From Blepharisma stoltei ATCC 30299 (Eukaryota; Protista; Ciliophora): a stretch of DNA of 64,000 nt. The stretch covers positions 248,001-312,000 of the forward strand of contig CBFDEM010000016.1 in assembly GCA_965603825.1 (NCBI GenBank), given 5' to 3'. The notes beneath the pieces were generated by a model. It did no database searches. It had not been told where the DNA came from and saw nothing but the letters and a program-made list of their open reading frames with translations. The translations under genes and the position numbers were made by a program. Position 1 is the first letter of the stretch. Every line of letters begins with the position of its first letter. Shown here one piece after another: positions 1 to 11,824 of the stretch.

Positions 1-16
1 AAGTAATTTGCTTAAT

Positions 17-1636
17 TTACTTCCATATCATTGCAGATGTAGAAGAGGGCCGTTTAGTAGGGTTTGCAACATCTCCAGACGTTTTTGATGGTTGTGCTTG
101 TCTAGAGCTTGATCTATACTTTAAAGAATTATATTTTGATGAATGATTTTTTGTATTCTCTTGGTTGGCTAAAAACTTTGCTTCAATATTATGAGATGCT
201 GCAGGCTTAATTGAAGTGGAGAGATTGTTTATTGATTTAATTGGAACGGGTTTTGATTTAAAATTTAATTCAATAGGATTTTTGAGCATAAGTTTATGAA
301 TTGTGCTATTTAAATTTCTTGGTGAAACTAATTCTTTTTCGATGAATTTCATAACATTATTGCTGATTTCGCCCTTATCTTCAGGTTTATTTCTGTTTTT
401 TACATAAGAAACATTTTTGACCTCATCTTTGTGTTGCAAATTGTCAATTATAATTGTGCCATTAAAGTCTTTTGTTGTATAGTGCTCTTTTTCGGTAAGT
501 TTCACAAAAGTATTTCAAGGAGCATGTGTAATCTCACCTTTGAGTTGTTTTGGTGATTGATTTTTCTCAATAGGTAGTGGCCCAATTTTATTTATTTTCG
601 AATTATTCCTATTCCTTTCTCCAGGTGCTAAAGATTTGCTTCTATTGTTTTTGTTATTGTCTATATTATATGTTAATTCTTTTTTTTTACGATTGTCTTT
701 GGTGTCATTTTCTTTAATCCTGTTAGTAATGCTTTGGAATGATAAATTATACCCTGCTCGTGTTTCAGCCTTATGTGCAGAACTTGAACGTCTAGGGAGA
801 TTTTCGTCCTTATTCTTAAGATTACTTCTTGCTTGATTCTGATTCAAATATGATTCATACTTACTTTTCATTTCAACTGGGCTTTCAGTTTTATGCAATT
901 TTATCTTTTTTATCAGATCGATCTCATATGTATACAAATTGGAGTTGCATTTAGGGCATTTTGTAAAGAAAGTATCAATAGTTTCTAATTTGCATCCACA
1001 TGAAAGCGTTATGACTCTAGACTCTTGAGCTTTTTTCTCAAAATCATTATTATTCAGATGAGCCAAAAGTTTTTGGAATGAGTCAAGAATCAAGAAAAAT
1101 ATATTATTTTCCAATATAACTAGCAAAATAATGTTAGCTGCATGAGAAGTCATTTCAATTACTCTGTAGTTCCTATCTCTTGACTCAGCAGTAATTATTA
1201 TCATACGGATCTTGAAATTCGAAAAATATGTTCTAAATGATTTCATGTTCTCATAAATGCTGCCTTTAATGTTTGCTGGTTGATTATCATACATTATTCT
1301 TGTTACTAAATTTTGTAAAAACGTAGAATACTCCATATAGTCTGGTTTATCAAACATTGATGATAAACTTTGTTGATGCTTCAATTTTAGCTCCTCGAAT
1401 TCATCTAATAGTCCAATTTCAAATACCCTTTCTTTATCTACGTTTATGAAGGATTTAGCTAAATCGTTCTTTTGTAGCTGTTGATTTGTCAAAAAGATGA
1501 GAAGCCCATTCAATCAGACTTCATCTATATTTCTTAAAACACAAAACTCAGTAATATTCGCTTTAATAAATCCTAAATGATCTTCAATGAATTTTTTTAG
1601 AACTAGGTCTGCTTCATTGATGCTTCTACGATTCAT
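17..1636 (-). CDS. hypothetical protein with degenerate Cys (RING-like) motif and low-complexity C-terminus
   Basis: ORFs 1514-1717, 515-1513 and 17-505 are one frame joined by TGA at 1514 and 515; TAA at 17; first in-frame ATG at 1636; LSCGC...CPKC motif. Confidence 0.75.
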
Positions 1637-1774
1637 AAATTTATTATCTATACATTTTAAACAATAACTACCCAGCAAAAGTGCCAAGCAATATTTAAGT
1701 CTTTCAAGAAGAAACAATAATTTAAAGCCAATTTATAAATTTCTCACTTTAATATACGCAGTTAAAACATTAAA

Positions 1775-2437
1775 ATGCTTAACATGGAAGAGTTTTCACG
1801 AGCTGAATTTTGAAAATATGCTTCTCAAAAGATACAGAATTTATTGGATTTTTCTTTAAGAGTCAACAATGAAGATCTCCTTTACAGCGTTAATGACCCT
1901 GGATCTCATCATCTTTATACTCCACAACCTTCAACAAAAATTAATCTCAAGACTTCCAAATTTTGTAGGAATTACAAAATATATAGCCCTCTGTCGGATA
2001 AGCTTTTTGAAAGGTTAAGTTTGTATGAGCCTATTAAAATGAAAATTCAGCCAAAGACTAATCAGTCATCAACAACATCATCAGCCAGAGCGATTAAAAA
2101 GAAAATTGACTTTCGGAAAAGCGTTGAGTCTCCAATCAGAGGACTCAGAGAAAGTTTGAATGAAGACGGGCCTGATCTAAAAATCGCAGGGAATAAAGCA
2201 AATATATCGCTGCCTCCTTTAAAGACAAAATTGACCAAACGCTTAAAAGAAGACCCTCAAAAAAGAGAAAAAATCAGAGAAAGCACCGAAACAATAGTCG
2301 AAAGCCCTCTATATTATATCAATAAATCTTTTACCGCAGGATACCGACACAATATCAACTCCTCAATAAAAAGGGACAAAACGCCATTTTCAAAAAGAAA
2401 TACCTGTAAAAAACAAAATTTAAGATTGGAAATATAA
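1775..2437 (+). CDS. hypothetical basic protein
   Basis: ATG 1775/1784 in frame with ORF 1844-2437 through one TGA; TAA stop. Confidence 0.65.
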
Positions 2438-2528
2438 TCCTTTTTTTCTATCATTTCTCAAACAGACCCCGAATTCTTAAGAATAAAAAAACCTGTAACT
2501 TCTCTCTATAGAAATAAACTTATATAAA

Positions 2529-3782
2529 ATGGCTGATAATAATAGGTCAAGGAAACTTGCTCCTCATTACAAGCAGGAAACAGTATGGAAGCCTAAGCAG
2601 CCTGCCAAAAAGAGAGTGCTGAAGTATTCCCGAGAGCAAGTCCTTCAATCTTACCATGATTGCCCACCTCCTGAGATTTTGATTTCTGAAATACTCCAAA
2701 CAATTTATTCAAGCAAATCTCTTCCCCCATTACAAACCCCAAGCTCTGCTTTTCCAAATGGGATTGGTGAAGATCTTAACAGCCGCAAGCCAGCTCCTCG
2801 AGAGCGAAAATCTGAGCAACTTCCTGAGTGATACAGTGAAGAAACAACCCTAGCTCTCGAAATCATTCCGCCCAAGCCAGCTGTAATTGAAGAACCCAAA
2901 CAAGAGTCCCCAACTCGGGTGGAAAACGCTGGAGAAGTCGTAATTCTTGTAAACAAAGGCAAAGTGAAGAACCTGACTGAGAAGCTAGAAGAATGCGAAT
3001 TTAAAGAAAATGAATTTGAAGAGTACAGCAAAGTTGATGTAGAAGTCGAAGAAAAATTGAAAAATCTGCTTGATGAGACTGAAGAGGTGCCTGATTGGGA
3101 TGATCCGGATCCTATTGATTTGGTAATGAAAGAAGAAGCGCCAGTAGCAGTGGAGGTCGAAGAAGAGTCCGTTCCAGAACAGCCAAAACAAGAACTACAA
3201 GCTGAGGAGGCCCCAAAAGTGCCTATAGCGCCTGTTGTCCCTTCATATGACAAAACACTGCTGGACTACCATCTTGCTATTGGGAACCCTTTTGCAACAA
3301 CACTTATTAGTTTCGGGATTCTTGATGAAAATAATCGCTACTTTTATCCTCCAGATTCAAAGCCATTCGAAAAGATTTGGTTTTACAAAGATCAAGAAGC
3401 AAAAACCCAGGGGCCATTCAGCACCATCATGATGTTTAATTGGACAATCAATGGCTTCTTCCCTCCAGACTTGGAAATTGGGATTGGAAATACAGGATTT
3501 TTTGTCCCAATGAATCTGTTTAACTCATTGCCACCACTGCCAGAGCCTGTTATTTATTCACGAAATTGGTCTCAGAATCAGAACCGAGGCCACAACCGAG
3601 CGAAAACTTTGGATGAGCCTGAAAAAGGAGACAAAAGAGCTGACAATCGAAATAAAAGATACTCAAATGCTGGATATAAACAAAAAGATGAAGCTGCAAC
3701 GGAAAATCTGAAAAACTTGCTGGGCTTGAGTCGAGAAAATAATCCAAGGAATGACGGAAGAGGCAAGAGGGGAAAGAATTAA
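2529..3782 (+). CDS. GIGYF/Smy2-like GYF-domain protein
   Basis: ORFs joined by TGA at 2829; GYF domain WFYKD...QGPFS..MFNW..GFFP; N-terminal KYSREQVL and LPEW motifs. Confidence 0.85.
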
Positions 3783-3858
3783 TATAAATCTTTGTAAGAA
3801 ATCTAACGATTTTAGATGCATAATTGTCTTTTGATTTGAAAAAGAAACTAAAAAGTTG

Positions 3859-3864
3859 AAAAAA
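3859..3864 (-). terminator. Pol III oligo-dT terminator of tRNA-Glu
   Basis: T6 run 3 nt downstream of the tRNA 3' end, followed by a T5 run. Confidence 0.7.
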
Positions 3865-3867
3865 GAG

Positions 3868-3940
3868 TTCCGCATCCGGGACTCGAACCCGGGTCTTCAG
3901 GGTGAAGGCCTGATATCCTAACCAGCTAGACAAATGCGGA
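3868..3940 (-). tRNA. tRNA-Glu (UUC)
   Basis: Acceptor stem TCCGCAT/ATGCGGA, anticodon stem TCAGG/CCTGA, loop CCTTCAC, T-arm CCGGG-TTCGAGT-CCCGG, no encoded CCA. Confidence 0.93.
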
Positions 3941-4301
3941 GTGATTATTAAATAAATGATTTGATTTAATACAGCAGCTAACTTTATTGATTATAATTAC
4001 AGACGAGTTAGATTTATAAGTATTTGAGTAATAAATAAAATACATATTAAATATGGAGTCTATAATACCACAAATCAACTCTTAGCATTTTAATTGAAAT
4101 TGAAGTAAAATATTTTATTGAGAAGGAATTAGCAAGAGCCTTCTAAAACTATAAAGATTTTTAAAAATTATAAAAGCACTTATTAAAATTAATTCAAGAT
4201 TATTTTGTTAATAAAATATTATTTAACTGCTGAGCAGCTCTAAAATTATATAAATTCAGTCTTATATATGATTTTCAACATTTGTATGTATTGTTATAAG
4301 T

Positions 4302-5510
4302 ATGGCAGACTCTCAAATCTCGAAAAGGCTTGAAACTAGTCCTAGTAAACTTCCTCCACTTCTCGATAAATCGTTTCTAACTGAGCTTACTAAGCCGCCC
4401 AAAGAAGCAGACAATCAAGACAAAATTAACGAATATTATTCAGCTCTCAAAAGCCAAATGTCCTCATTAAATTCTCATATCGATAATGTCCTTCAAAGAC
4501 ACGAGCAGGACTTTCTAAACGCATTTAAATGTCAAATGTATGGAATGTATGCTGAGCTAAAAGAACTAAAGAAGAAAACCAATGAAACTGAAGTCAAAAT
4601 GAAAAGAGATGAAGAAATTAATCGTTTGCAAAGCTCTGTGAATTGGTTTAGGGAAGAAGCCGTCAAACTTGGAGAAAATGCACAATTTTACAAAAAAGAA
4701 GCAGATAAATGAAAAGCAAAAGCGGAGAGCTTAGAAGACGATCGTAGATTTTTAGAAGCTCAACTAAGGGCTGCGAAAGCAAAACTGAAAGATTTTCATT
4801 CGGAATCTCATCGAGATCAAGCGTCAGAATCTTTTATAACACAAAGAGATGCCTTTACTCCTGCTCCTTTTCGAAGTGCAAGAAATTTTGTGCCAACTAG
4901 TCGATGCGGTCTGATTATTTTTGAATTAATGCAGAAGTACTCTTTGAAAGATGGCTATTTTTTCATAGAGCTCGAAAAATACATGAATAATCAAGAAAAG
5001 CTGTATAATGAAGCAATAAAACACTATAAAAATACAATTGATAACGAAAAAAAGAAATTCAAAAGTGCTGCTGCTCAGCAGTCATCAATATATTTAGAAA
5101 AAGTGGACTCTGAAAGTTTGTTTTTAGAATGCGTAGAAGAAGTCAGAAAAGAAGTCCAAAGGCGAAAAGCAAAAAGCATGTCACAGCAAAAGTATGGAAG
5201 GAGAACAAAATCATCTGAAAGAAAAACAAGACAAGACGCTTTCACTCCTGGAGATAAAAGAAAAATTTTAGAGCTTTTGATCTCTAACGAGCAAGTCCTT
5301 ATAATGCTCTATGAAAGACTTTTCCCACATAGAGCAAGTCAATTTTCAGCATCGCCAAAGATTGAAAAAGAAGACAACCCTTCTGGTGAACTACCTCCAA
5401 TTGAAGAAATGATGCACCAAGTTTCACCTAAAAAATTAGAAGACATACAATCAGAAAGTTTTCAAAGTAAAACAGGAGACATGTCTACTTTAACCCCAGA
5501 AATGGTCTAA
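4302..5510 (+). CDS. coiled-coil protein of unknown function
   Basis: ORFs 4302-4712 and 4890-5510 joined in frame via TGA at 4710 with no TAA/TAG between. Confidence 0.85.
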
Positions 5511-5546
5511 AAGATTAATAAACATTTATAATTTTAGGATTTATCA

Positions 5547-6341
5547 ATGATTTTAAACTCCTTCTTTCCAAAGAAAATAGAGCAAGAGATCCTATATCTA
5601 CTAAATGAAACCAAAGATCCATCAGTAATTAGAGATAAGCTTACAGAGAAATTTCCAAATCCCTGAATCGTAATCAAAGGAACAGCTTTTTCTTTTAATA
5701 TATCAAGAGGACCTAATAGTGGAGGAGTATTTGAAACAGAAGAAGATGGCTATAGGACAAGGTTTATTATATACTGTCCACCTTTTAAAGAAAGTGCACC
5801 TCCAGAAGAGGAAAAACAGCTGAATAATCATCAAGTTTTGTGAACTATTAATGTTCAAAAGCCTTTTAAAGACGAAGAAGGCTTCAGTGATTATCTAAAG
5901 AAATACATACAAAGATTGGATTGCTCAAAAGGCTCAGAAACTTGTGATGCTATTAAATCAAAACTCCATTCTTTGATGCCTAATTTCTGGCATGTCATCG
6001 TTGGTGAGGATTTTACATGTGTGCTGTCTAAGCCTCCACCTGAAAGTGTTTTTTATGCTAAAGCTACAAGAGAAGGGAAAAAAATCGATATTGTGGCTTT
6101 TAGACAGCAGGGACTTGAAAAACAAATAAAAGCAGAATATAACTGGGACTGGATTCTATTTCTTGCTATGTCTTTATGCTTATCTGTAGGATTAGCAGGG
6201 TATTTTGGCTGTGATGCTACACAAAAGTCATGGGTTTGTGAAAACTACCAAATGCTGCTATATACTGCTATATCTCTGGCTGTCATTAAAATAGCTGGAG
6301 AGAGTTTCAAGATAAAACAGGCAAACCGAAGGCAAAGTTAA
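5547..6341 (+). CDS. protein with two dynein-light-chain (LC8)-like repeats and two C-terminal TM helices
   Basis: ATG 5547 open through two TGA into ORF 5916-6341; IRDKLTEKFPNPWIVIKG and IKSKLHSLMPNFWHVIVGEDF resemble LC8 IKKEFDKKY..TWHCIVGRNF. Confidence 0.65.
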
Positions 6342-6527
6342 TTAATAATGCCATCCTGTTTTGGGCAGCCCTTTCTTTATTTATTAAGTTGTTAGTATTG
6401 AGTTGCGTTATGAGATAAACGCCTATCATACAAAAAATTAATATGTCCAGCCTCTTGATTTTTTTATAATGCAATATAGGATTACTGCGCATTTTATTTA
6501 AATTCTCTAAAATTCAGATATAATTAA

Positions 6528-7430
6528 ATGGATTGGCAAAATGCAATGCATACTGCATCTGACTACTGGGATGCAAACTTGCCAGAAATCGAAAACATAT
6601 GCGAATCCAACCTCGAAGCACATGAACCTCTGGCAATAATCAATGATGATCCCTGGCTAAATCTAGATTCTTGATCGCCAGTTCCGCGATCTCCAGCTCT
6701 ATCAGAGCTGGATGAGTTAAATCAAGTATCAAAAAAGCACAAAAACCAGTGAAGTTTTGAAGAAGACGAGTTTTCAGGAAATGACGAAACTCCTCGAAGT
6801 GGCATTATCCATCTAAACCCAATTGAGAATTCACAAAGTAACATTGAACAAAATTCAAATCCAATTCACAATAAATTACCTGAAGGCGGACACAAAAAAT
6901 GAAAAAACAAGCACGACTCAGCGTCGAAAAAAAATAAATGAACACATGAAGAAGACTGTTTAATAGTCAAACTTTACAATACTTATGGAGGCAATTGGAA
7001 AAAAATTGCTGGATATTTAAAAGGAAGGCCTTCTGTAGCGGTTAAAAATCGGTATTATGGCACAATCAAAAGGAAAATGTCATCGATTAAGAAGGATCCA
7101 GAGAAAAAAAAGCCCGCTTTACTCGAACCCAAGGATCAAGTAAAGTATATGGGAAAAGCATGGAATGAGGATGAACTTATAGACAGCCTACTTTCAGAGC
7201 CTGGAAAAACACCTCCAAAGCCACCGACTGTTGCTAATCTTTCGGTTTCCCTTGAAAGTATGAATTTTATAAATGAAATTAAAAATGTGAATAGTGAAAA
7301 TTTATCTGCTGAAGAGAAAAGAAGAAGGTTACAAGAACTTTATAAGAAAATGGCTACTTTAGAAGCATTTGTAAACCAAACTAAAATGCAGATAAAAAAT
7401 ATTGAGGAATTGAAAACTGTTCATAATTAA
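6528..7430 (+). CDS. Myb/SANT DNA-binding protein
   Basis: Open from ATG 6528 with four TGA; KWTHEEDCLIVKLYNTYGGNWKKIAGYLKGRPSVAVKNRYY, first Myb Trp is TGA. Confidence 0.88.
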
Positions 7431-7745
7431 ATAATAAAAATCAAGAAATCAATAGAAGAAAATTAATTGCAATTTAAGCCTTTTTCTATTCTCTGGCAAG
7501 CCAAAACTCATCAGACAAGTGTAAGCTCGATACTGAAATTTTTAAGAGGTATGTTAAATTTTAAATTGCAAGATGAAAAATCTATATAATTTATTTAATA
7601 AAATGATCACTATTAAAACAAAAGATTTTTTAAGGAATTTTTTAAAGCTTTAAAACACACAGTTAGCAATTAAAGCTGATATTATTTAACTTGATATGCT
7701 AGACTGAGAGCTTGCCCATGGTCTACGTTAGTACATATAATAATC

Positions 7746-8030
7746 TTACATTCCATCTTCTTCATCAAGTTCTAATTATGAAATACCGTTTTCTTCATTA
7801 TCCTCAGATACAGCTGTCAATAATTCATAAATTGACATGTTGTATAAAGGCTTATAAGAAAGTTTGACCAAGTTTTCTTTGAACTGGTTGCTAAGTTTTT
7901 AATACAATTGCGCCACAGATCTGAATTGAGTTTTTGTATGAACTTTAGGAGTAGTTATTAGTGCTCGGCACCTGAATATCAGCTACTGCTTGAAAATGAA
8001 AAAGCTAGATCGTCGAAAAGCAGTGTTCAT
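7746..8030 (-). CDS. 79-aa microprotein with three 15-nt introns, probable mitochondrial presequence and acidic tail
   Basis: Splicing 7972-7986, 7891-7905 and 7772-7786 gives a clean ATG-TAA frame MNTAFRRSSFFIFKQCRAL...ELDEEDGM; absent from the ORF track. Confidence 0.8.
7772..7786 (-). other. 15-nt spliceosomal intron
   Basis: GTATTTCATAATTAG. Confidence 0.7.
7891..7905 (-). other. 15-nt spliceosomal intron
   Basis: GTATTAAAAACTTAG; contains in-frame TAA. Confidence 0.8.
7972..7986 (-). other. 15-nt spliceosomal intron
   Basis: GTAGCTGATATTCAG; contains in-frame TAG. Confidence 0.8.
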
Positions 8031-8228
8031 TGCCACTAATTATAATAATAAATGGATTTTAGTTAATTCAAGAACTTAAGTCTTGAAAGTAATTTTTTTA
8101 GTTTAAGCCCAGATAAATAGATTCTCAATTAAATTTGTGCATTATTAAATTCAGTAAATTCCAACTAAATTGCTAAAATTTGCTATTAAAAGAGAGAGCT
8201 AGACAATTAATTACTGTTTTATTTTATT

Positions 8229-10532
8229 TTAAATAATAATTCCAACTAGCTTATCTTCTAACTGTCTTGCTCTAATGTATTTTATTGTGTTAAAATAATA
8301 TGTTTTAATTTCATCTGTATCAAATATTTCCTCATGGCCATTTTCAATGCTTTCCAGTTGATCTTTTATCAATTGAATTATCTTATTGATTGAAGAGCTT
8401 CCAATTGAATCAACACCCAAATTGTGATAATAAATATAAGTATTCAACAAAACAACAAAAAGAAACACATTTTTTGGATTGAAAATGCAAATACTCGCTG
8501 TTTTAGCAGCTCTGTTCAAGCATTCAAGCACTCTTACTTCATTTTGATAATATTTATTGTAAAAAAGGTGAGTGCATATTGCTACGCCTTTGCACTGATC
8601 TGCTTTCTTTAGTTGTCTAGCTGAAAATTGTGTACATTTGAAAACCAGTGTATCAAAATTTTCTTCTTCAAAGCAATTACTTCCAACTAAAGTTCCTGCA
8701 ATCATGCTGATTGCTGAAAATTTTGATCTTGAGTTTGCAAATTCATCAAAATAAACGCGAAATGCTTGGCTTACAAACTCAAAAGCATATTGCTCAAACT
8801 CTGCCTTAGATTTCAAAGAATTAATTGCCTGCATGCATTGAAGATGATATTTCAGTGAAGACTCAGGATCGATTTTGAATATTTTTTTGATTATTTCTGC
8901 CATAATTTTAAGAATTGAGTCAATAGCGTTTATATCATTATTTGAGTCAGCAAATGGTAAGAGTTTGGCATAAGCAAAGAACAATGCAGGAAACGTGAAT
9001 TTAATTCTGTTGTCACCTCCTGATGAAAAATTTTTCTTAAAGACTTCTAAGATTTTAAAAGTAGCATCTAAGCTTTGAGACTTCACTAGATGTACTAACT
9101 TCGCCATATTTTGCTGCTCTTCTTCAAATTCATAATCATCTATATCATCTTCATCACTATCACACGCCCACAAAGGAGTTGCAAAGTCAAAAAGTTCATT
9201 TACGACTGACAAGCTATCTAATATTTTCCGGCAAGAAATCGCAGCCTTTACAATTTTAAATGAAACCTGTTTTCTTGCAGAAAATGCTAAATAGGATAAG
9301 AGCTCAGGATAATGATTCATTGATAAAATTGCCAATGATAGCGTTTCTAAAGGGATTGATAATAGTTTTACTATATGTTTTACAGAATCAGCATCAACTT
9401 TTTTGTCTGGGCAATTTTTGGCAATTATATTGACACAAGAATTTAAAATTGTGTTTACATGGTCAGTGCTCTTTGGATAGCATTTTATAGTGAAGCTTAA
9501 AAAGGATACTTGAAGCTGCAAAAGCTTTTTCAGGTCTGAGCTAGGGTTTTCAATTATTTTATTTAGATGAGCTTCAATTAATCCAAAAATATCGACTTCA
9601 TTGGCAATCCCGATTTCAGACTCTCCAATAAATTCAGAAAGTCTTGTTAATAGATTGACCAAAATTGAATTTATATCTACACTTGGCTGCAGCTCAGAAA
9701 AAGCTTGCAGCAAGGTGCTTAGAGTGTGAAGATGAAAAGCATCAGGAAATGCTTGAATGATACAGTCCATTAAATATTGCTGCGAAATAGGATCCTTGCT
9801 TGATGTTATCACTTCAAGAATCTTCGGTAGCACTGAAGTTTGGTACAATTCTTGATTCACCCCTTGTAAGCTTGATAGCCTATTGATATTTTCTCCTACT
9901 GTGACCCTTAAGTCATTTCTTTCTTTTTCCCTTTTGCTCTTTTCTTGTGTATTTGCAGTATTTTGAAGCCTGATTCACAATTTATTCATTTCTGCAAGAT
10001 TCGCTAACAAGAAATCAACAGAATCAGCCACAGTACCATCTTGCTCATCAAGATCAGAATCGCTGTCAGGTAATTTGTCTTTGCATAGTTTATTCAAGTA
10101 ATAACGAAGGAAAAGCCCTCTAATTGGAAATTGAACGCCTTTTACCATTTCTATCAAGTCCCTAAGAATTTCTTTTGCAGTAGCTTCTTTTGTTTGTATG
10201 CATGCTGAGCCAACTGTAATTAATAGATAAATTCTAGGTAAAACTGCTGGGGTTTGTTGGACTTTTTCATATAAGCTCATCATGCTGCGGCCTTTTCTTT
10301 GTGCATCTAAAAAGTAGGTTTCAAGCTTATTTAGCTCATCAAAAATTTGCATGTAGAGTTCATAGTAAGTTTTTGGAGATAGCAGAGATGTCTTAAGTTC
10401 ACTAATCATGTTGTTTGCATGCTTAAGAGCTTCTTTTAGATTGCTAGAATCGAGTGCTTGATGCATTTCATAAGCTTCTTGTTTAACAACAGCTATTGCA
10501 TCATCTAAGTATTTTTGTTGCTCTTCGTCCAT
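8229..10532 (-). CDS. VPS35: retromer subunit Vps35
   Basis: PRIYLLITVG, LFLRYYL, EMNKL[TGA=W]IRLQ, QYLMDCIIQAFPDAFHL. Confidence 0.97.
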
Positions 10533-10649
10533 TTATAAATATTTTCTTTTTAGAATAACGAGTAGTTTTTGCTGGAATTTCTCTGAATAAGTCAATGATG
10601 ATTAAATTAAAATATTTGGATGTTTAATTAATTGAATTTTTAATTATAA

Positions 10650-11423
10650 TTACGCTTCTTCTGCAATCTTAGGAGCTAAGAAGTATTTCAGCTCTCCTAA
10701 ATCAAAACCAAACTGCAATACAACTGGAACCTCTGGTGACAAGCTTAAAGTGACTTCATCTGAAAGGCTGGCTGCTTTATTAAACAAGTTGAGATATCTC
10801 AAAGCAAAAGCCATGCTTACTGGCTCAGTCGCTCTCAAAAACATTTTTTCTTCAGCTTTATCTGAGTCATTTGGCCTCATAGTAATTGATCCTGCTCCAA
10901 TATCTCCAGACACTGCAAACTTAGCGGCTTCTTTATCAACAGCTAAGTTAAGGGTATCTGTAATTTGAGTCAGTTCTCTGCAAATTCTTGAAAATTCAGC
11001 GCTTGACATTTTCATGACTGCAGAGTAATCTTGTTCAGGAATACCAAGATGCTCAGAGTCCAAGGTCAATAAATTAAGATTGAATTCGCTGACTCTTTCG
11101 TTATTTTTCCCAGTGAATGTCAAAGTTAAAATATTGGCATCGTCTTCTGCTCTCAGAGTGATGGAATCATCGTTTCCTGCAATTTTCATAAGTTTTGCAA
11201 GGTTTCCAATAGAAACTCCTAAGGTTTGTGGGCGGTCGCAGCGGTATTCTTCAAATTGCTCAGCTCTTAGGCTGAGGACTACTAATGCTACATGTGAGGC
11301 ATCCATTGCTTGAATGCTGAGCCCTTCACTTGTGACTTCAAGATTAACTTCAGAGACAAGCTCTTTTATGGCTTCAATTATCTTCTTGAGGATCAGTCCA
11401 TTACCTAGCAATGCTTCGAACAT
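10650..11423 (-). CDS. PCNA: proliferating cell nuclear antigen
   Basis: MFEA..., QAMDASHVAL, YRCDR, LKYFLAPKI; 257 aa. Confidence 0.98.
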   Translation of the reverse strand: MFEALLGNGLILKKIIEAIKELVSEVNLEVTSEGLSIQAMDASHVALVVLSLRAEQFEEYRCDRPQTLGVSIGNLAKLMKIAGNDDSITLRAEDDANILTLTFTGKNNERVSEFNLNLLTLDSEHLGIPEQDYSAVMKMSSAEFSRICRELTQITDTLNLAVDKEAAKFAVSGDIGAGSITMRPNDSDKAEEKMFLRATEPVSMAFALRYLNLFNKAASLSDEVTLSLSPEVPVVLQFGFDLGELKYFLAPKIAEEA

Positions 11424-11824
11424 TTTTATTATAACCCGCCAAATGCATGTTGCCGGTAAATGGGCTAAAATATGCCCTGAAATTAATTATTTTATTTTTG
11501 ATTTATTGAGATATTTTTATATTTTCGAATGATTTTCAATTCAAATTATATGATGAAGGTGTTTTCTCGAACTCTCAAATAATAGATTTGCTAATATAGC
11601 CTCTTTAATCTCACAAAGTCACTAACTTTATAATTAACATATTTTATTAAGAATTTGAAGGAATTTACTGCAAATCCCATAGTCAGCTATAAATATCAAG
11701 GCATTAATATAATTAAGATAAAATATGTTGTTGGGTAATCTTTAATAGCTTTTTTTGTAAAACTAAAGCTTTTGATAGAAGTAATGTTTGATCTTATATA
11801 AATAGCATCAGAGAATCAATAATT

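Noticed and set aside
3550-3933. 127-aa minus-strand ORF and others at 2705-3875
   Set aside because: Shadow frames overlapping the tRNA and antisense to the GYF gene
3868-3940. tRNA as a UGA-decoding (UCA) tRNA
   Set aside because: UCA is off-centre in the 7-nt loop and occurs in normal Glu(UUC) loops; a shifted stem does not pair, and the acceptor stem is Glu-type
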